From Octopus sinensis (taxonomy: Eukaryota): a stretch of 64,000 nt of DNA. The stretch is from assembly GCF_006345805.1 (NCBI RefSeq), contig NC_043009.1, positions 7,626,001-7,690,000 on the forward strand, in the 5' to 3' direction. The notes under the pieces are model-generated. The model was given only the letters and a program-made list of their open reading frames with translations, made no database searches and was not told where the DNA came from. Each line of letters opens with the position of its first letter. Position 1 is the stretch's first letter. The translations under genes were made by a program, and so were the position numbers. This document shows positions 13,912-29,544 of this stretch, piece by piece.

Positions 13912-14472
13912 ATATGTGTGTATACATGTGTGTGTATATATATATGTGTATATATATGTGTATATGTGTATATATGTGTGCGTATATATATATGTGTATA
14001 TATGTGTGTATATATGTGTGTGATGGTGGCTTACTTTGCAGGCTGGTTTCTTTATTATCTACGTTCCAAATGGTAGAGAGGAAGGAGAAGGAGGAGGAGA
14101 GAGAGGGAGAGTAAAAGAGTGATACAGAGAGAGTTAATACAACAAATGAGGGGTAAGTGTATATACTAAGCTTGGAGTTGGTGGCAGGAGGAGGAAGGGA
14201 AGAAGGATGCAAAGCAGTAAATGACGATACTTATGAGACGCGTTATGCAAATGAGACATTTGTTTAATTTTGTTTTAAGGTAATAAATATTATTCTTTCG
14301 AAAATTAGTATTCACTTCACCGTGTTGTTATATGACAAAGAAATTTAATAGCTGTGAAATTATAATCATTCTATGTGTGCCATATTTTTAGATATTACAC
14401 ATCACGTCAAAGTATACCTTTCAAGCTTTCCGGCCTACGACGGCTAACAGACTAATACACGCGCACACACAT

Positions 14473-14510
<38 letters not shown>

Positions 14511-14596
14511 GTACGAAAACATACACACATATACATACAGTCACGCACACAAATAGACACACACGTATACACACAGACATACACACACACAGACAT

Positions 14597-14631
<35 letters not shown>

Positions 14632-14992
14632 ATATATATATATACACACACATACATATATGCATACATAAATATATATATATGTGTTATATATATGTGT
14701 GTGTGTGCTACGCGAATGGGATGGCATGATTTACGAGAAAAACAAAACAAACTTACACACACACATACACACATACATACATACATACACACATACATAC
14801 ATACGTACACACATACATACATACATACACACATATATCAATACATTGAATGTACTGTGAATGCAATGTGCTGAATGGTAGACTATATTTTTAATTCTCA
14901 CTTACCTACTTCCTCTCACCCATACACACACAAACATACACACATATACACACACATACTCATACATATATTATAAATATGTATATAAACAT

Positions 14993-15026
<34 letters not shown>

Positions 15027-15099
15027 GTATATAATGAATTGAAGAGAGACAGCATCGGAGAGACTGATAAAGTATGGATGCTCATACACACAAACACAC

Positions 15100-15182
<83 letters not shown>

Positions 15183-15402
15183 GTATAAATATATATGTGG
15201 TGTGTGAAATTTGGCTCGAGCTTTTTTATCTTTTAAATCATGCAACTCTGTATGGATTCTCGTATTGGCCCATACTTAACTCCATTTGCCTGCCTACCTA
15301 CCTACCAACCAACCTACCTACCTACCTACCTACCTACCTACATACCTACCTACCTATATATATACATATACACACGACACACACACGTATATGTACTGCA
15401 TA

Positions 15403-15435
<33 letters not shown>

Positions 15436-15445
15436 GAATATATGT

Positions 15446-15517
<72 letters not shown>

Positions 15518-15763
15518 TACATAAACACACACCACAAGGCACACAACATACATAAATACACACATGTACATATAATATATACACACATATTTATACATAT
15601 ACATATATGTGTGTGTTTGTGTGGATATATATATGTATATATATATAATAGATGTATGTATATATATGCATATATATTTATAAATATATATATATATGTA
15701 TATATGTATGTATGTATATATGTATATCTATATATACTATCTATCTATCTATCTATCTATCCT

Positions 15764-15806
<43 letters not shown>

Positions 15807-16350
15807 TGTTTAGGAGTGTTTGGTCCTTTTCTCCTTCCTCTTCTATTTCGGAATCCTCCTTCTGAAGTCACAGGATTATATTTATCCTTAATGACGATCA
15901 TCTAAAGCTCGTCTGCGTTGTCTGCTTATCTTCAATTGTAAGGCATCTGACATATTTTAATTCCATCTAATTATGAATTATTTCATTTAGCTGTATAGTA
16001 GAACCCAAGAACAATGAGCCATACATCTTAAGATCTTTATATCTCTTTATATCGCAATACTAACTCCATTTTAATGACATGAATGTAGCTTGTATTTCTC
16101 TTCTAATAATAAATCATTAATTCTTTTGTGTATCTTTAATGAAGGAAAACATTTTAATGACTTTCTCTACATGTTATTAACGATATGCAGAAATTTACGT
16201 AAAGAAGAGAAAGCGTTGCTATTTTACAAGGTGTTGAAAAAATAGCTTTGTTCTCGTCTTTATTAATCTCTGTATAAATTCCTGCTTTGGATAGAGAGAT
16301 CTCAATCCAGGTGGGAAATGTGTTTCCACCACTTTCAGGAGTGGCTGTGC

Positions 16351-16758
16351 AGGCGCAGGAGTGGCTGGGTGGTAAGTAGCTTGCTTACCAACCACATGGT
16401 TCCGGGTTCAGTCCCACTGCGTGGCACCTTGGGCAAGTACCTTCCACTATAGCCTCGGGCCGACCAAAGCCTTGTGAGTGGATTTCGTAGACGGAAACTG
16501 AAAGAAGCCCGTCATATATATGTATATGTATGTGCGTGTGTGTTTATGTGCCTGTGTTTGTCCCCCACCCTCCAACATCACTTGACAACCAATGCTGGTG
16601 TGTTTATGTCCCCGTAACGTAGCGGTTCGGCAAAAGAGACCGATCGAATAAGTACTAGGTTTCCAAAGAATAAGTCCTGGGGTCAATTTGCTCGACTAAA
16701 GGCGGTGCTCCAGCATGGCCGCAGTCAAATGACTGAACCAAGTAAAAGAGTAAGAGTA
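16351..16758 (+). mobile_element. SINE family A, full length
   Basis: Aligns with 46617-47034; preceded by a duplicated 14-nt 5' fragment (16336-16349). Confidence 0.9.
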
Positions 16759-16777
16759 TATATATAAGCCCACCGCC

Positions 16778-16816
<39 letters not shown>

Positions 16817-16817
16817 T

Positions 16818-16891
<74 letters not shown>

Positions 16892-17593
16892 ATAATAATA
16901 ATAATTGCCAACATACACTGGAAAAGGTAATGGACGAAAATGCTCTACAGAAAGTGCATATTCTTTACAAGTTATAGTTAGGCCTAGCTCTAACTATGAT
17001 GCACCAGTTGATAGTGTGGGGTCTACTACACCCCTTCAGGTTCAAGATATGGCCTGCTAGCTTTGTGCTTTGTCTTTTGTCTATTCCTATATTCCTAACC
17101 CTGATAGATAAACATTTCCTTGATAGCCGTAGATATATATAAGATAGATATAAAAAAATCGTCAATAGATTTCCGTGGAAGTTTTCTTCAGCTGTGGTCC
17201 TAGTAGGGAAAATATCATTTCACATAAGCCAACCGAGATGTGTATTGCAGATTGCAACTATAGGAAGCCAGATATTTGCCCACTACACCAGACATGCAAG
17301 GTTAGTTCACTCATCTATTACACTAAATAAGGGGAAGTGAAAGAACTATATTTGACTGTGTGAAAGTGACTTCAAAATGAAATAACTAATCATCAGTTTT
17401 CTTTTGAGCATGTAAACACACATAAATATATACATGTGCACATATACATGTATGTATATGTGTATAAATACACAAGCATATACTCATGTAGACAAACACA
17501 CATATATACATGTACATATATACATGTACACATATATAAGTGGGTGTATGTGTATAAATACACACATACACACTCATGTAGACACACAAATAA

Positions 17594-17656
<63 letters not shown>

Positions 17657-17765
17657 AAGAAGAAGAATAATAATGAGAAGAAGAAGAAGGAAGAAGAAGA
17701 AGAAGAAGAAGAAGAAGAAGGAGAAGAAGGAGGAAAAGGAGAAGAAGAAGAAGAAGAAGAAGAAG

Positions 17766-17796
<31 letters not shown>

Positions 17797-18218
17797 GTAT
17801 ATGTGTACAAACACACACACACACACATAAATATATGTATAGAAGGAGAGAGAGAGAGGGAGAGGAGAGGGAGGTAGACAAATTTGAGAAAGCTTTAGCT
17901 GTTATTTTTAGCACGTAAATTAACCAAGAAAGGGTTTCCTGTCTGTTTTTATCTATTGATATATTTTTGTTTATATTTTGTTTAATTAGTGGGGTAAAAT
18001 ACTTTCGAACGAAATGTTCTCCGGTCCATGTTTTATGCAAATGTCTTTACCAACTCCGATAGACGGCTTAGTGTACAACATCCAGTTAGTTGTCATGTCA
18101 TCTCTTCCAGAGTTTCAGGTCATCCATTAGCCAGAGATGATTTATTGTCTTCTCATTGCGGATGTTGTTAGATTCAATAAATACGTTAGGCCGCGTTAAT
18201 ACTAAACAAAAAAAAAAG

Positions 18219-18264
<46 letters not shown>

Positions 18265-18886
18265 ACACAGACACCAACATCCACCCACACACACTTACAA
18301 TGAGTCACCCCTGGGAATTGGGCTAGTTGATGGCTATTTTCTTTTTATTCATTTCCATAACATGAATAATATAATTGGACTGATTCCAATATAAAGGTAT
18401 GGCGGAACGGTATCAAAAGCATTTTCTTCCTTCCTTTCCTTTCTTTCCTTTTCTCTTTCTCTTTTTTCTTTTTTCTTTCCTCCTTTTCTTTCTTTTTTTT
18501 TCCAGCATCGGTCCATTACGTAGTTTGGCTTTCATTTTTCTTCCGTTGCTTCGGATTTCCAACACTTCTCTGTTAATTATTTCATCATTACATGTTCCGG
18601 ATTATTCAAGAGAGTCTTGATGGTTTCCATTATGTAAAATGACAACAACCTAACAATTATGGATGTCGTCAATACCAGGATGTTTTCCAGTTTCCGAACC
18701 TATTTGGTACAAATCTCAAATAACGTAACACTTTCGGAAGGTGGGTGGTTGATTATCAATTTATGCTGTCACACGATTGTTTAACCTGGTTTAATTTTAA
18801 GTATAATTAGCTTCACTTTCCCCAAAATTTCTAATTTATCTTTAACATGTATCTAGTCTCTTCTGCCCACTCTTCCTCTCTTTCTT

Positions 18887-19330
<444 letters not shown>

Positions 19331-21564
19331 ATCTATATACATACACGGAGATGAGTAGATATATTTTCGGATTAACGATTATGGATTAAATGTTTATATA
19401 TATATATATAAACATTTAATGCCTCATCATTTGTCCGATAAAATATCTTTGAAACCTTTATTATTCTGATTGCCAGGTCATAGCTTCTTTGAACTTGTCA
19501 CCCACTGAGTAATACAGCTCAGTTTCAAATGGATATTGAAGCCAATTCTTGAGGCTTACATTCCCAAGCATCTTGTAAAAAAAATTCAACACTACCCAGA
19601 AAAACATAAACCCAATAAAGTTTACTTTCTCTTATCCTAAAATCTCATTTCATGCTTGCATGAAATTAAAAAGAAGAAAACAAAATACACGCACACATAT
19701 ATATACACGTGCACACATACAAACACACACACACACACAAACAAATACTTATTGATTTTTGTTAAAGAGCTATATTGACATGCTTTGCATCGCAGCTGAG
19801 ATAGTGTTTACATGATTTTCATATTTAATTTCATCGAATCAGAACGGATAAAAGTAGAATTCGATTGCGTTAAGATTTAAAAACCATAATAATGTAAGAC
19901 ACTCAGTTTTAGCGCTCTGGCGTTTCTAGCAACTTTTCAAACATAACCTGTGCGAAAAGATAAAACAAACAAAAAAAAGAAAACAAAACAAAACAAAATA
20001 TAACGACTACTCGTGTTTTTTTAATGTTTTTTTTTTATTATTTATCATCGCTCTCGTTGTTGCTATCGTCTTCAATGTTGTTATATTATTGATGATGTTA
20101 AGATCGTTCTTTATGATTTGACTTTTTCTTTTTACATCTCTTGACCATCAGATGCCAGTTTATTTACATCACATCTTTGTGTTTCAAGTATTTTATGAAT
20201 TGTACTTTAAAGCATAGAAATTTCATACTGTTATTTTGTTTTCTCTGCTAAAAAAAATCATTCAAAATGTCAAGTTGTTTATCGTTTAGATTCGGTTTGT
20301 AAACACGTACAATCGATGATGATAACTTGATGGTAAAGGGATGCAATATGGAGATTTATCCAAGTCTTGATCTCACATTTCCATCTATAGTCTCCATATA
20401 TCTTACTGCTTTTTCTTTTTTCATTCTCCTTCTTTCTGCGACCAGATCAGAAAATTCTATCCTTGTTGTTGACATGGAGGTGAATCATGAATCATAACAA
20501 TATCTGTTTATGTTTATATTTATTCAGGTCAGCGTTGGCTTTTTTTTATTTTGGGATTGATGAACTAAAGTACAAAGCAAGTAGTACTGGATCGGTGGGG
20601 TCGGGTATCCCCGCCACTAAAAGTTCTTGGCATTGTACATGAAACAAAATTTTTTTTTTAATTTGAGGCTTAAAATCTTTACTGCGTCGGAGGGAAGAAA
20701 ACTTTAGCGGCTCATTTTTAGTTTTTATGTTCTGAGTTCAGATTCTGCTGAGGTCAACTTTGGCTTTCATCCTTTCGGAGTCGATTAAAGAATTACCAGT
20801 CAAGTACCGGGGTCGATGTAATCAACTAGAACTCTGCCCTAAAGCTTCAGGTTTTGTGCTTATAGTGGAAAGGATTCTTATAAGGGGCTACGAGCTATCA
20901 GTAGAGGAATTAGGAGGAGAAGAAGAAGGAGAAATAGAAGAAAAAGAAGAAGGGGAGAGGTGGAGAAGAAGACGAAATAGAAGAAGGAGAAGGGGAGGAG
21001 AAGAAGGAGGGGGAGAAGAAGGAGGAGGAAGAAGACGAAATAGAAGAAGAAGAAGAAGAAGAAGAAGTTGAAGGAGAAGAAGTTGAAGAAGAAGAAGAAG
21101 AAGAAGAAGAAGAAGAAGAAGAAGAAGAAGAAGAAGAAGAAGAAGAAGAAGAAGAAGAAGAGAAGAAGAAGAAGAAGAGATTTCTACATAGAGCTTAACT
21201 ATAGTATTGGATGAAAGAGATGAGATATCGTGGAAAATAGAAAATGCAATCATTGCAAGAGCATTTATATAATAGTAAAGAGGGTACTATTCATTGCCCC
21301 ATTTATTACGATACCATATTCGATGCAGGTACACTCTTTCGCTCTGCTTTCTTGCATCGTCTTCATATCTCTTAGACCAGTCACTCGCACCAAATTCCTA
21401 TCTTTATCAATTGAGCATACTTTACCTTTACCTTCCTTAAACTGCATTTTGGAGGGCAGGGATGTGCGATTCCTTTCTGGGTTTCACAAATTAAAACAAT
21501 GTCATTTTTCTATCTGCTTTTGGATAGATGCCTCCGTAAAAAACAAACACCCCTTTGTGACTTA

Positions 21565-22170
21565 CATCATCATCATCATTGTTCGACCGTGGTCGAGACA
21601 ATAGAATTTGCTATGCTACGCCAGACTTCAAGGTCCATCATAGCATTACGGAGGTCCTGTTGCTGGATGCTTGTATCCCTGGAGATTACATCAGGGTAGG
21701 AGAGTGTGCGCCCTCTGGTATTGCGGGTAGATGGCTTCCAGAGGAAAAGAGTAGAAATTGCCTCGTTTTCAGCTCTACAACAATGTCCAGCAAACTGGAC
21801 TCTTCTACCTTTCACACGAGATGACACAGGTGGTAGCTTCCCATATATTTGTACTTTGGTTGGATGACGCTTCCACGAGAGATTTTGAGCTCTCATAAGG
21901 AGGCGAGTGTAAGTTCCATCCAACCGCCTCTCAAGCTTCTTTGATAACGTCCAGGTTTCTGAGCCATATAGTAGAATTGGTTCGACTGTGGCTTTGAAGA
22001 TTTTAAGTTTGAAATCTCTACTTAGATTTGATGACCAGATCTTATGCATATCATTACAGGCTGGCCATGCCATACCCTTTCTAGTTAGAAAATCTTTTCC
22101 AGATTATGATATATATGACCCAAGATATTTGTAAACAGAAACCATATTCAAACCATTACAAAGTGATTTA
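21565..22170 (-). mobile_element. RTE-clade LINE, 5'-truncated (RT C-terminus and (TGA)n tail)
   Basis: YKYLGSYIS*...FKATVEPILLYGSETWTLSKKLERRLDGTYTRLLMRAQNLSWK...RVQFAGHC...VWRSIANSIVSTTVEQ*, followed by (TGA)4. Confidence 0.9.
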
Positions 22171-22746
22171 CTGACGTCATGCCTTATTCGTTAATTGAAT
22201 TTCCAGCCATTTCCAAAGCATCTTTTGGCTAGTTATGCTACCAAAGACACAATTGTTATCATCTCTATCAACATGGTACAGTTTTATATGGTAGTTGGTG
22301 TTATAACTCTCATTTATGTCGTGTAATTCTGCTTTTCCGGCTGTCAAATTGTGACTGTCTGTTCTTGTGAGTGTAAATGTTTGTTTCATGGTCATTTTAT
22401 TGTGTTTATCGCTTTTAAATTCTATTCAACTTTTATAAAAATTCCATTTTCATGTATTTGAAAATTATCTCGACATTTTTCTGTTTTCTTGTCAGTACCT
22501 CTTACTGCTTCTACAGTAGAAACAAGACTGTAAAACGTATATAAAAGAAAAAAAATTACAGAAATATGGAATAATGTCTAAAAGACCTCTTGTTTCCCCC
22601 AGGTGTTGGGATAGACATTCTGAAATCCCCTGTTTGAAAAAAAAGATTCCAAAAAAGAAAAGATTTCATCCAGTAAAACTTGGAAATAATCCAATTTTCT
22701 CGGAACCGTCTCTAGAGAAGTCCGTATGCTTCAAAAGACAAAATGA

Positions 22747-22795
<49 letters not shown>

Positions 22796-24277
22796 ATACT
22801 ACTAATAATAATAATAATAATGATAACAACATCAACAATAATGATATTTTCACCAGATCTCATACATGCTTACCAAAAATCTGTCACAAAAACATGAATA
22901 CATGTTGGCGAGTCAGAAAACTGATGGATGGCGCAAGAAACGTTTTTACGATATGTGATGATGTATTAAATAATTTTAATTACAGATTTTAGTAAATTCC
23001 CACATATACACGCCACACACACACACACACACACACACACAACAAACTGCAATCCACCCGCTTGACATTTTTGTCATTATCATAAGCTCTGCTTAATGAG
23101 CTGCGTGCAAATAATCATCAGCGTTTTTGTCGAAGTGTTTGCGAGGCGCAGCGGATTAGCGAGAGTAGAATTCGATGTCCGAGTAGATGATCCGCCGTAA
23201 CACTCGTCTAAAGAAGCTTAGTATTGTAAAACATCAAAGGGATTTAAATGCAATTGAAACGTTCCGAGCTTCTCTCAGAGCATGTCCTCTCAAACTTCAT
23301 TGCCACTCGTTGAGAAGAATTTCTTCCATCATATTTTCTGATTTTGGCAGCTTTTGCCTCTACTGTTCGCTTTCGTTCTTCCCTCATGGTTGCAATCCTT
23401 TTATGTCCTTGCGCGACACATTTCTTCTAATCTACCTTTTTCTCCCTCTTTCGTCCTGTTTTCTTGCTTACACTGGTCAAATTTTCTTACACCTTATCTC
23501 AGGTCGCTAATTTTCATTGCCATCCATTACTTCCATCAGAGTACTTGTTAATCCTCCTTTTATCATCCCTTCTCCCAGCAAAATTCTGAAACTACATTTC
23601 ACAGATAATCTTATCCATCACTCTGTTCACTTTTCATTCTTTTTCTTTAAATTTCGTTTGATCCATCGTCTACAAATGCGTGGTTCCTTTAGTTTCTTCA
23701 TCAATTTCTTAACGTCTTCTATCATAGCTGTTCCTTTTGGGCCGAAACTTTGGTAGGAAAAAGATAACCACAATGTAGTGTGTATAAAGACATGACGCGT
23801 GGGCTTGCACGACTGGGTTTTGAAATGTCAATGGATATTTTCAGAGTGAGTTTTCATAACATTGGAAGATTCTCAAAAGATGGCATCGTGTTATGCTTCC
23901 CTAAAGCAGATTCTGACAGGAATAGCAGGACCCACAAAGCACGCATATTATTTCTTTCTTCATTGGGTGATGCCTCTCTTAGTCAGTTGCTTATCTTAGA
24001 CGGATTCACTGGGTAAGATGAAGTACAGCTGTTCAGTTGCAGAATCATTAGTGCGTTGGGCAAAATGCTTAGTGATATTTGTTCTTGCACTTTATATTCT
24101 GAGTTCAAATTCCGCCAAGGTCGGCTTTCATTCTAAGAAGTTCGGTACCCACTCCCCTTAAAATTGCTGCACATATGCCAAAATTTAGAGGTATTATTAT
24201 TATTATTATTATAATTATTATTATTATTATTATTATCATCATCATCAGCATCATCATAATTGTCATTATTATTGTTA

Positions 24278-24318
<41 letters not shown>

Positions 24319-24367
24319 TATTATTATTATTATTATTGTTGTTGTTGTTGTTGTTGTTGTTGTTCTT

Positions 24368-24663
24368 TGTTCCTTCTCGAGCCACGCCTGGCTCATAAGG
24401 GCTGGTTTCCCGGTTTCATTGGCGTATATGTTCCCCACCTGGACGGGACGCCGGTCCGTCGCAGGTGAGCGGCAAGACGCAGGAATAAAGAGTGAGAGAA
24501 AGTTGTGGCGAAAGAGTCAGCAGAAGTTCGCCATTATCTTCTGCTGGAGCCGCGTGGAGCTTAGGTGTTTCGCTCATAGACGCACACATCGCCCAGTCTG
24601 AGATTCGAACCCGCAATTCCTCGACCGCGAGTCCACTGCTCTAACCACTAAGCCATGTGCCTC
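24368..24663 (-). mobile_element. SINE family D (tail type 1) with a (CAA/TAA)n tail
   Basis: Reverse complement aligns end to end with 7927-8225. Confidence 0.87.
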
Positions 24664-25048
24664 TACATTATTATCATTATTATTATTATTATTGTCATAT
24701 TTATTTTTATTATTATTATTATTATTATTTATTATTATTATTAATTATTATTATTATTATTCTATGTTTGACTTTTGCTTATATTTGTACAAGTTGGCTC
24801 CAAGTCCTCACCCAGAGACCTCAAGAGACAACAGGGTTGAAGTCATGTTGTTGTTATGCCTAGTGTGCCATATATTTTGGGGGGTGGGGATGTTGTACTA
24901 ATGAATGTCTAAAAAAAAAGTTTTTTTAAAATTTTTATTATTATTATTATTATATTATTATTATTATTATTATTATTTATTATTATTATTATTATTATAT
25001 ATTTATTTTTATTATTATTATTATTATTATTATCATTATTATTATTTA

Positions 25049-25104
<56 letters not shown>

Positions 25105-25149
25105 TATTTATTTTTATTATTATTATTATTATTATCATTATTATTATTA

Positions 25150-25188
<39 letters not shown>

Positions 25189-25203
25189 CATTATTATTAT
25201 TTA

Positions 25204-25240
<37 letters not shown>

Positions 25241-25804
25241 CATTATTGAGTAAGATAGCAACGCATGCCACCAAAGTGACAGTTGGGTACAAATATAGGA
25301 ACCCAATAAACCCCTGATGACTACCTGCCTGATAAGGGTTCTCCAGACACATACATCAGAACCATATGTGCGCGACATTGTGATCTCATATCAAGCTAAA
25401 CAGCACATGTCCTTGCAGGTAGGACCCAGTTGGAATTTTCTTCAGGTCGAGTAGGCCATCTCGCTCAAAATGGCCCTGAATTAAGTTTGTTTAAGGATGA
25501 ACAAAACGATTCTGTTTCCAGAGGTGAATTATGAGCTATGATGCTCCCCCACTACTTCTGCTCGTGATCAGAGATGCACATGACGTCAGCCACACTAAAC
25601 GACATGCTTAACTGGTTAAGGTCAAACAACTGACAAGCAAATCTGTGGTATCGATAAGAATATTCGCTGAAACCCATCTTTTACACCAAGACAAAATCTG
25701 TATATGATAACACCTCCAATCAGTTAAGATCAAACGCAATAAGAGTCACTATGTGATACTGCATCAAGGCACTTATTACCTATCTATCTATCTATCTATC
25801 TATC

Positions 25805-25875
<71 letters not shown>

Positions 25876-25941
25876 GTCTATCTATCTATCATGTCTTTAT
25901 TTATCTCTCTCTCCCCCTCTCTCTGTCTACCAGTCTATCCA

Positions 25942-26000
<59 letters not shown>

Positions 26001-26188
26001 ATCTCTCTCCCTCTTTCCCTCTATGGATATATCTGAGAGGGGGGGGGCGAGGGAGGAGAAATTATGATTGAGATAAACAAACCGTTTCCAAATGTTAATT
26101 AGTAATGTGAATGAAATGAGATAATATCAAACGGATGGAGAAAATGCCGACAACTAACACCTAACTATGTACATATGGGTATGTGCAC

Positions 26189-26227
<39 letters not shown>

Positions 26228-26430
26228 ATGTGTATGTATGCATGTATTAATTAATCTGGCACGTTTGCGGTTATGTGTGCGTATTTATATGTATTTACAT
26301 GCGCGTAAGAATCACACATTTCTATGTGGACTTGGTTATATATATATATATGTATGTATATATAAATATATATAATTACATATATACATTTATACTTCTT
26401 TATACATATATGAATATAAATGTAAATACA

Positions 26431-26488
<58 letters not shown>

Positions 26489-26620
26489 ATATAATATAAT
26501 ATAATATATGTATTATATATATATGATGTATAACATATGTGTTTATATATATACATATATAAACAGACACACACACACATATGTATATGCATACACGTAT
26601 ATATACATAGATATACACAC

Positions 26621-26720
26621 NNNNNNNNNNNNNNNNNNNNNNNNNNNNNNNNNNNNNNNNNNNNNNNNNNNNNNNNNNNNNNNNNNNNNNNNNNNNNNNN
26701 NNNNNNNNNNNNNNNNNNNN
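26621..26720. other. Assembly gap (100 N)
   Basis: Run of N; a round 100 suggests a placeholder of unknown true size. Confidence 0.99.
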
Positions 26721-27261
26721 GTGCATCGTAAGTCTACGAGAGATTCCGTTTACAACCGAATTTATGACCTATTTGCTAGCTTGTTTTTTTGGGAGGGTGA
26801 GGGGGTTACTTGCCTGGGGTGTGCTGTTGGTAAAAGTATTTTAGATTTTAACTTTTCAATGTTTGTCTAGTGTATTGTATGTACGCGTGTGTGTATAAAT
26901 GCTTGTGTGTGTTTGGGTTGATAGACAGATAAGTTTCTTTATTGGCCACACAGGGCTGCACACAGATGGGTCAAGTTACAAGGTAGAGCTTTTCTTTTGG
27001 GGGATGAAAAAAACAAAAAAACAAAAAACAGAAGAAACAAAACAAAAAAAAGGTGGCGTAGGTTTTCGATCAAAAGGGATCGTAAAAGGGGAAAAAAGAA
27101 AAAAAAGATAGATAGATAGATAGATAGATTAGATAGATAGATACGTACATACATACATATATACATACACTCTTACATACATACATACATACATACATAC
27201 ACATACATACATACATACATACATACATACATACATACATAGAGACCGACAGATAGGCATG

Positions 27262-27297
<36 letters not shown>

Positions 27298-27312
27298 AAC
27301 ACATGTATGTAT

Positions 27313-27399
27313 GGGCAAGTGTCTTCTATATCTTCGGTCCGACTAAAGACGTGTGAGTGGTTTTGGTAGACGGAAAGTGGAAGAAGCCCTATGTGTGTA

Positions 27400-27435
<36 letters not shown>

Positions 27436-27698
27436 GTGCGTGCGTGTGTGTGTGTGGTGTGTGTGTGTGTATGTGTGTGTGTGTGTGCGTGTTTCTCTGT
27501 GCTTGTCACCTCCCATCATCGCTTGACAACCGATGTTGGTGTGTTTACGCCCCTGCAACTTAACGGTTCCGTAAAACAGACCTATAGAATAAGTACTAGG
27601 CTTTTAAAAAATAAGTCCTGGGGTCGATTTCTTCGACTGAAGCCGGTGTTCCAGCACGGCCGCAGTCATATGACTGAAACAAATAAAAGAATAAAAGA
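27313..27698 (+). mobile_element. SINE family A, 5'-truncated, with an expanded (TG)n hinge
   Basis: Starts at gggcaagtgtcttc; both modules are recognisable. Confidence 0.82.
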
Positions 27699-27843
27699 AT
27701 ATATTTATATGAACATTAACCATTGAGAACTGAGCTTACCAGTGTACCAATACACTTCTACATCTTCCGACATATTTCACAGTTCGACGATGTCGTCAGA
27801 TGTTTCGTAGTAACATCCCTTACATATGTGACTGTTCGTTGTT

Positions 27844-28050
27844 TCTTTTATTCTTTTACTTATTTCAGTCATTTGACTACGGCCATGCTGGAGCACCGCC
27901 TTTAATCGAGCAAATCGACCCCAGGACTTATTCTTCGTAAGCCTAGTACTTACTCTATCATTCTCTATTGCCGAACTGCTAACTTACGGGGTACGTAAAC
28001 ACACCAGCATCGATTGTCAAGCAATGGTGCAGGACAAACACAGACACACA
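27844..28050 (-). mobile_element. SINE family A, 3' module
   Basis: Reverse complement of the second module including the hairpin tail. Confidence 0.85.
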
Positions 28051-28277
28051 AATACATGCATACACACACACACACATATACATATATATATATACGTTTA
28101 ACAATAAGTTTAACAACGTAAGTTGAATGTGAAATCACGGTGATACAGAACTAAATTCATTTTTTTAAATGTCTTGCTTTGAAAAACTGCATTTGGGTAT
28201 GATTAGTATAATTTTGGTAGTAATGACTTTGTCCCCTTAGTGTGAGGCATTTATGGGTAAATAATGCCCTCTATACA

Positions 28278-28537
<260 letters not shown>

Positions 28538-28695
28538 TGCTAAACTCTATGTAATGCTGTGAAAGCAATTCATTCACTAATTTTCCATAAATATATGTTC
28601 GAATTCTGTAGAGGTGCTCTTTTTTTACTTTCAATTCTGCTGATAGATGCACATATATACATACATTTACTATATACATAACTATGTATGATGTG

Positions 28696-28734
<39 letters not shown>

Positions 28735-29544
28735 TATATATACTATATATATATATATATATGTATTATATTGTATTTATATATGTATATATATATTTAT
28801 ATATATATATATATATATAGATATATATATATATATATATAATAATACATGGAGGGGCTGGCTCCCTTCAGTTTTCCTCTACAAAATCCACTCACAAACT
28901 TTGCTGGCCCAAAGCTCTGGTAGAAGACTCTTATCCAGGTGTCAAGAAATGGGTCTGAACCCGGAACCATGTGGTTGGAAGGTAAACTTCTTAACACACA
29001 ACCATCTTCCAAAACTGAAAGAACACAAAATTCGTAGAACACATGAAATAATGTATCCCTACATACCCCTAAAAGTACTGGATGGTCACAACGGGAAGTT
29101 TTGGATCATATGTCTGCTATACTCAGTCAGGACCTGCTTTAGTTAAGCAATAACAACAACAACGACAACAACAACAAAATCCATAGTAACAGAATGATTT
29201 GCTGGTTTAATGACATTTTACATTTAACAAGCAAATAATTTAAACATGATGAAATATTCCATTTTCTATTTAATTTGCTTATTTATTTGTAATTCTTTAG
29301 AAATGTCCAAACAGAAATTTGTCTCAGACACAGTCGTAAGTTAAACGTCCTGGTGAAGGAACGACAAATGCAGACCTCCTGGGGAAAGATAAAGAAAATT
29401 AAGAGAAGCATTTAATAAAGAAATGCTGAAGGCAACCATTTTAACAACGTAAAACAATAACAATGATGACAACAACAACAACAATGACAGCGACACCAAC
29501 GACAACGTCAACAACAACAACAACAACAATACTAATAACAATGA

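Noticed and set aside
18490-18720. Exon after a long pyrimidine tract (plus strand), or an old RTE remnant (minus strand)
   Set aside because: All plus frames stop without a good donor; the RTE resemblance is too degraded to assert.
20446-20472. IRKFYPCC resembling the nicotinic receptor loop-C vicinal cysteines
   Set aside because: Followed immediately by a stop codon, with no EPY motif.
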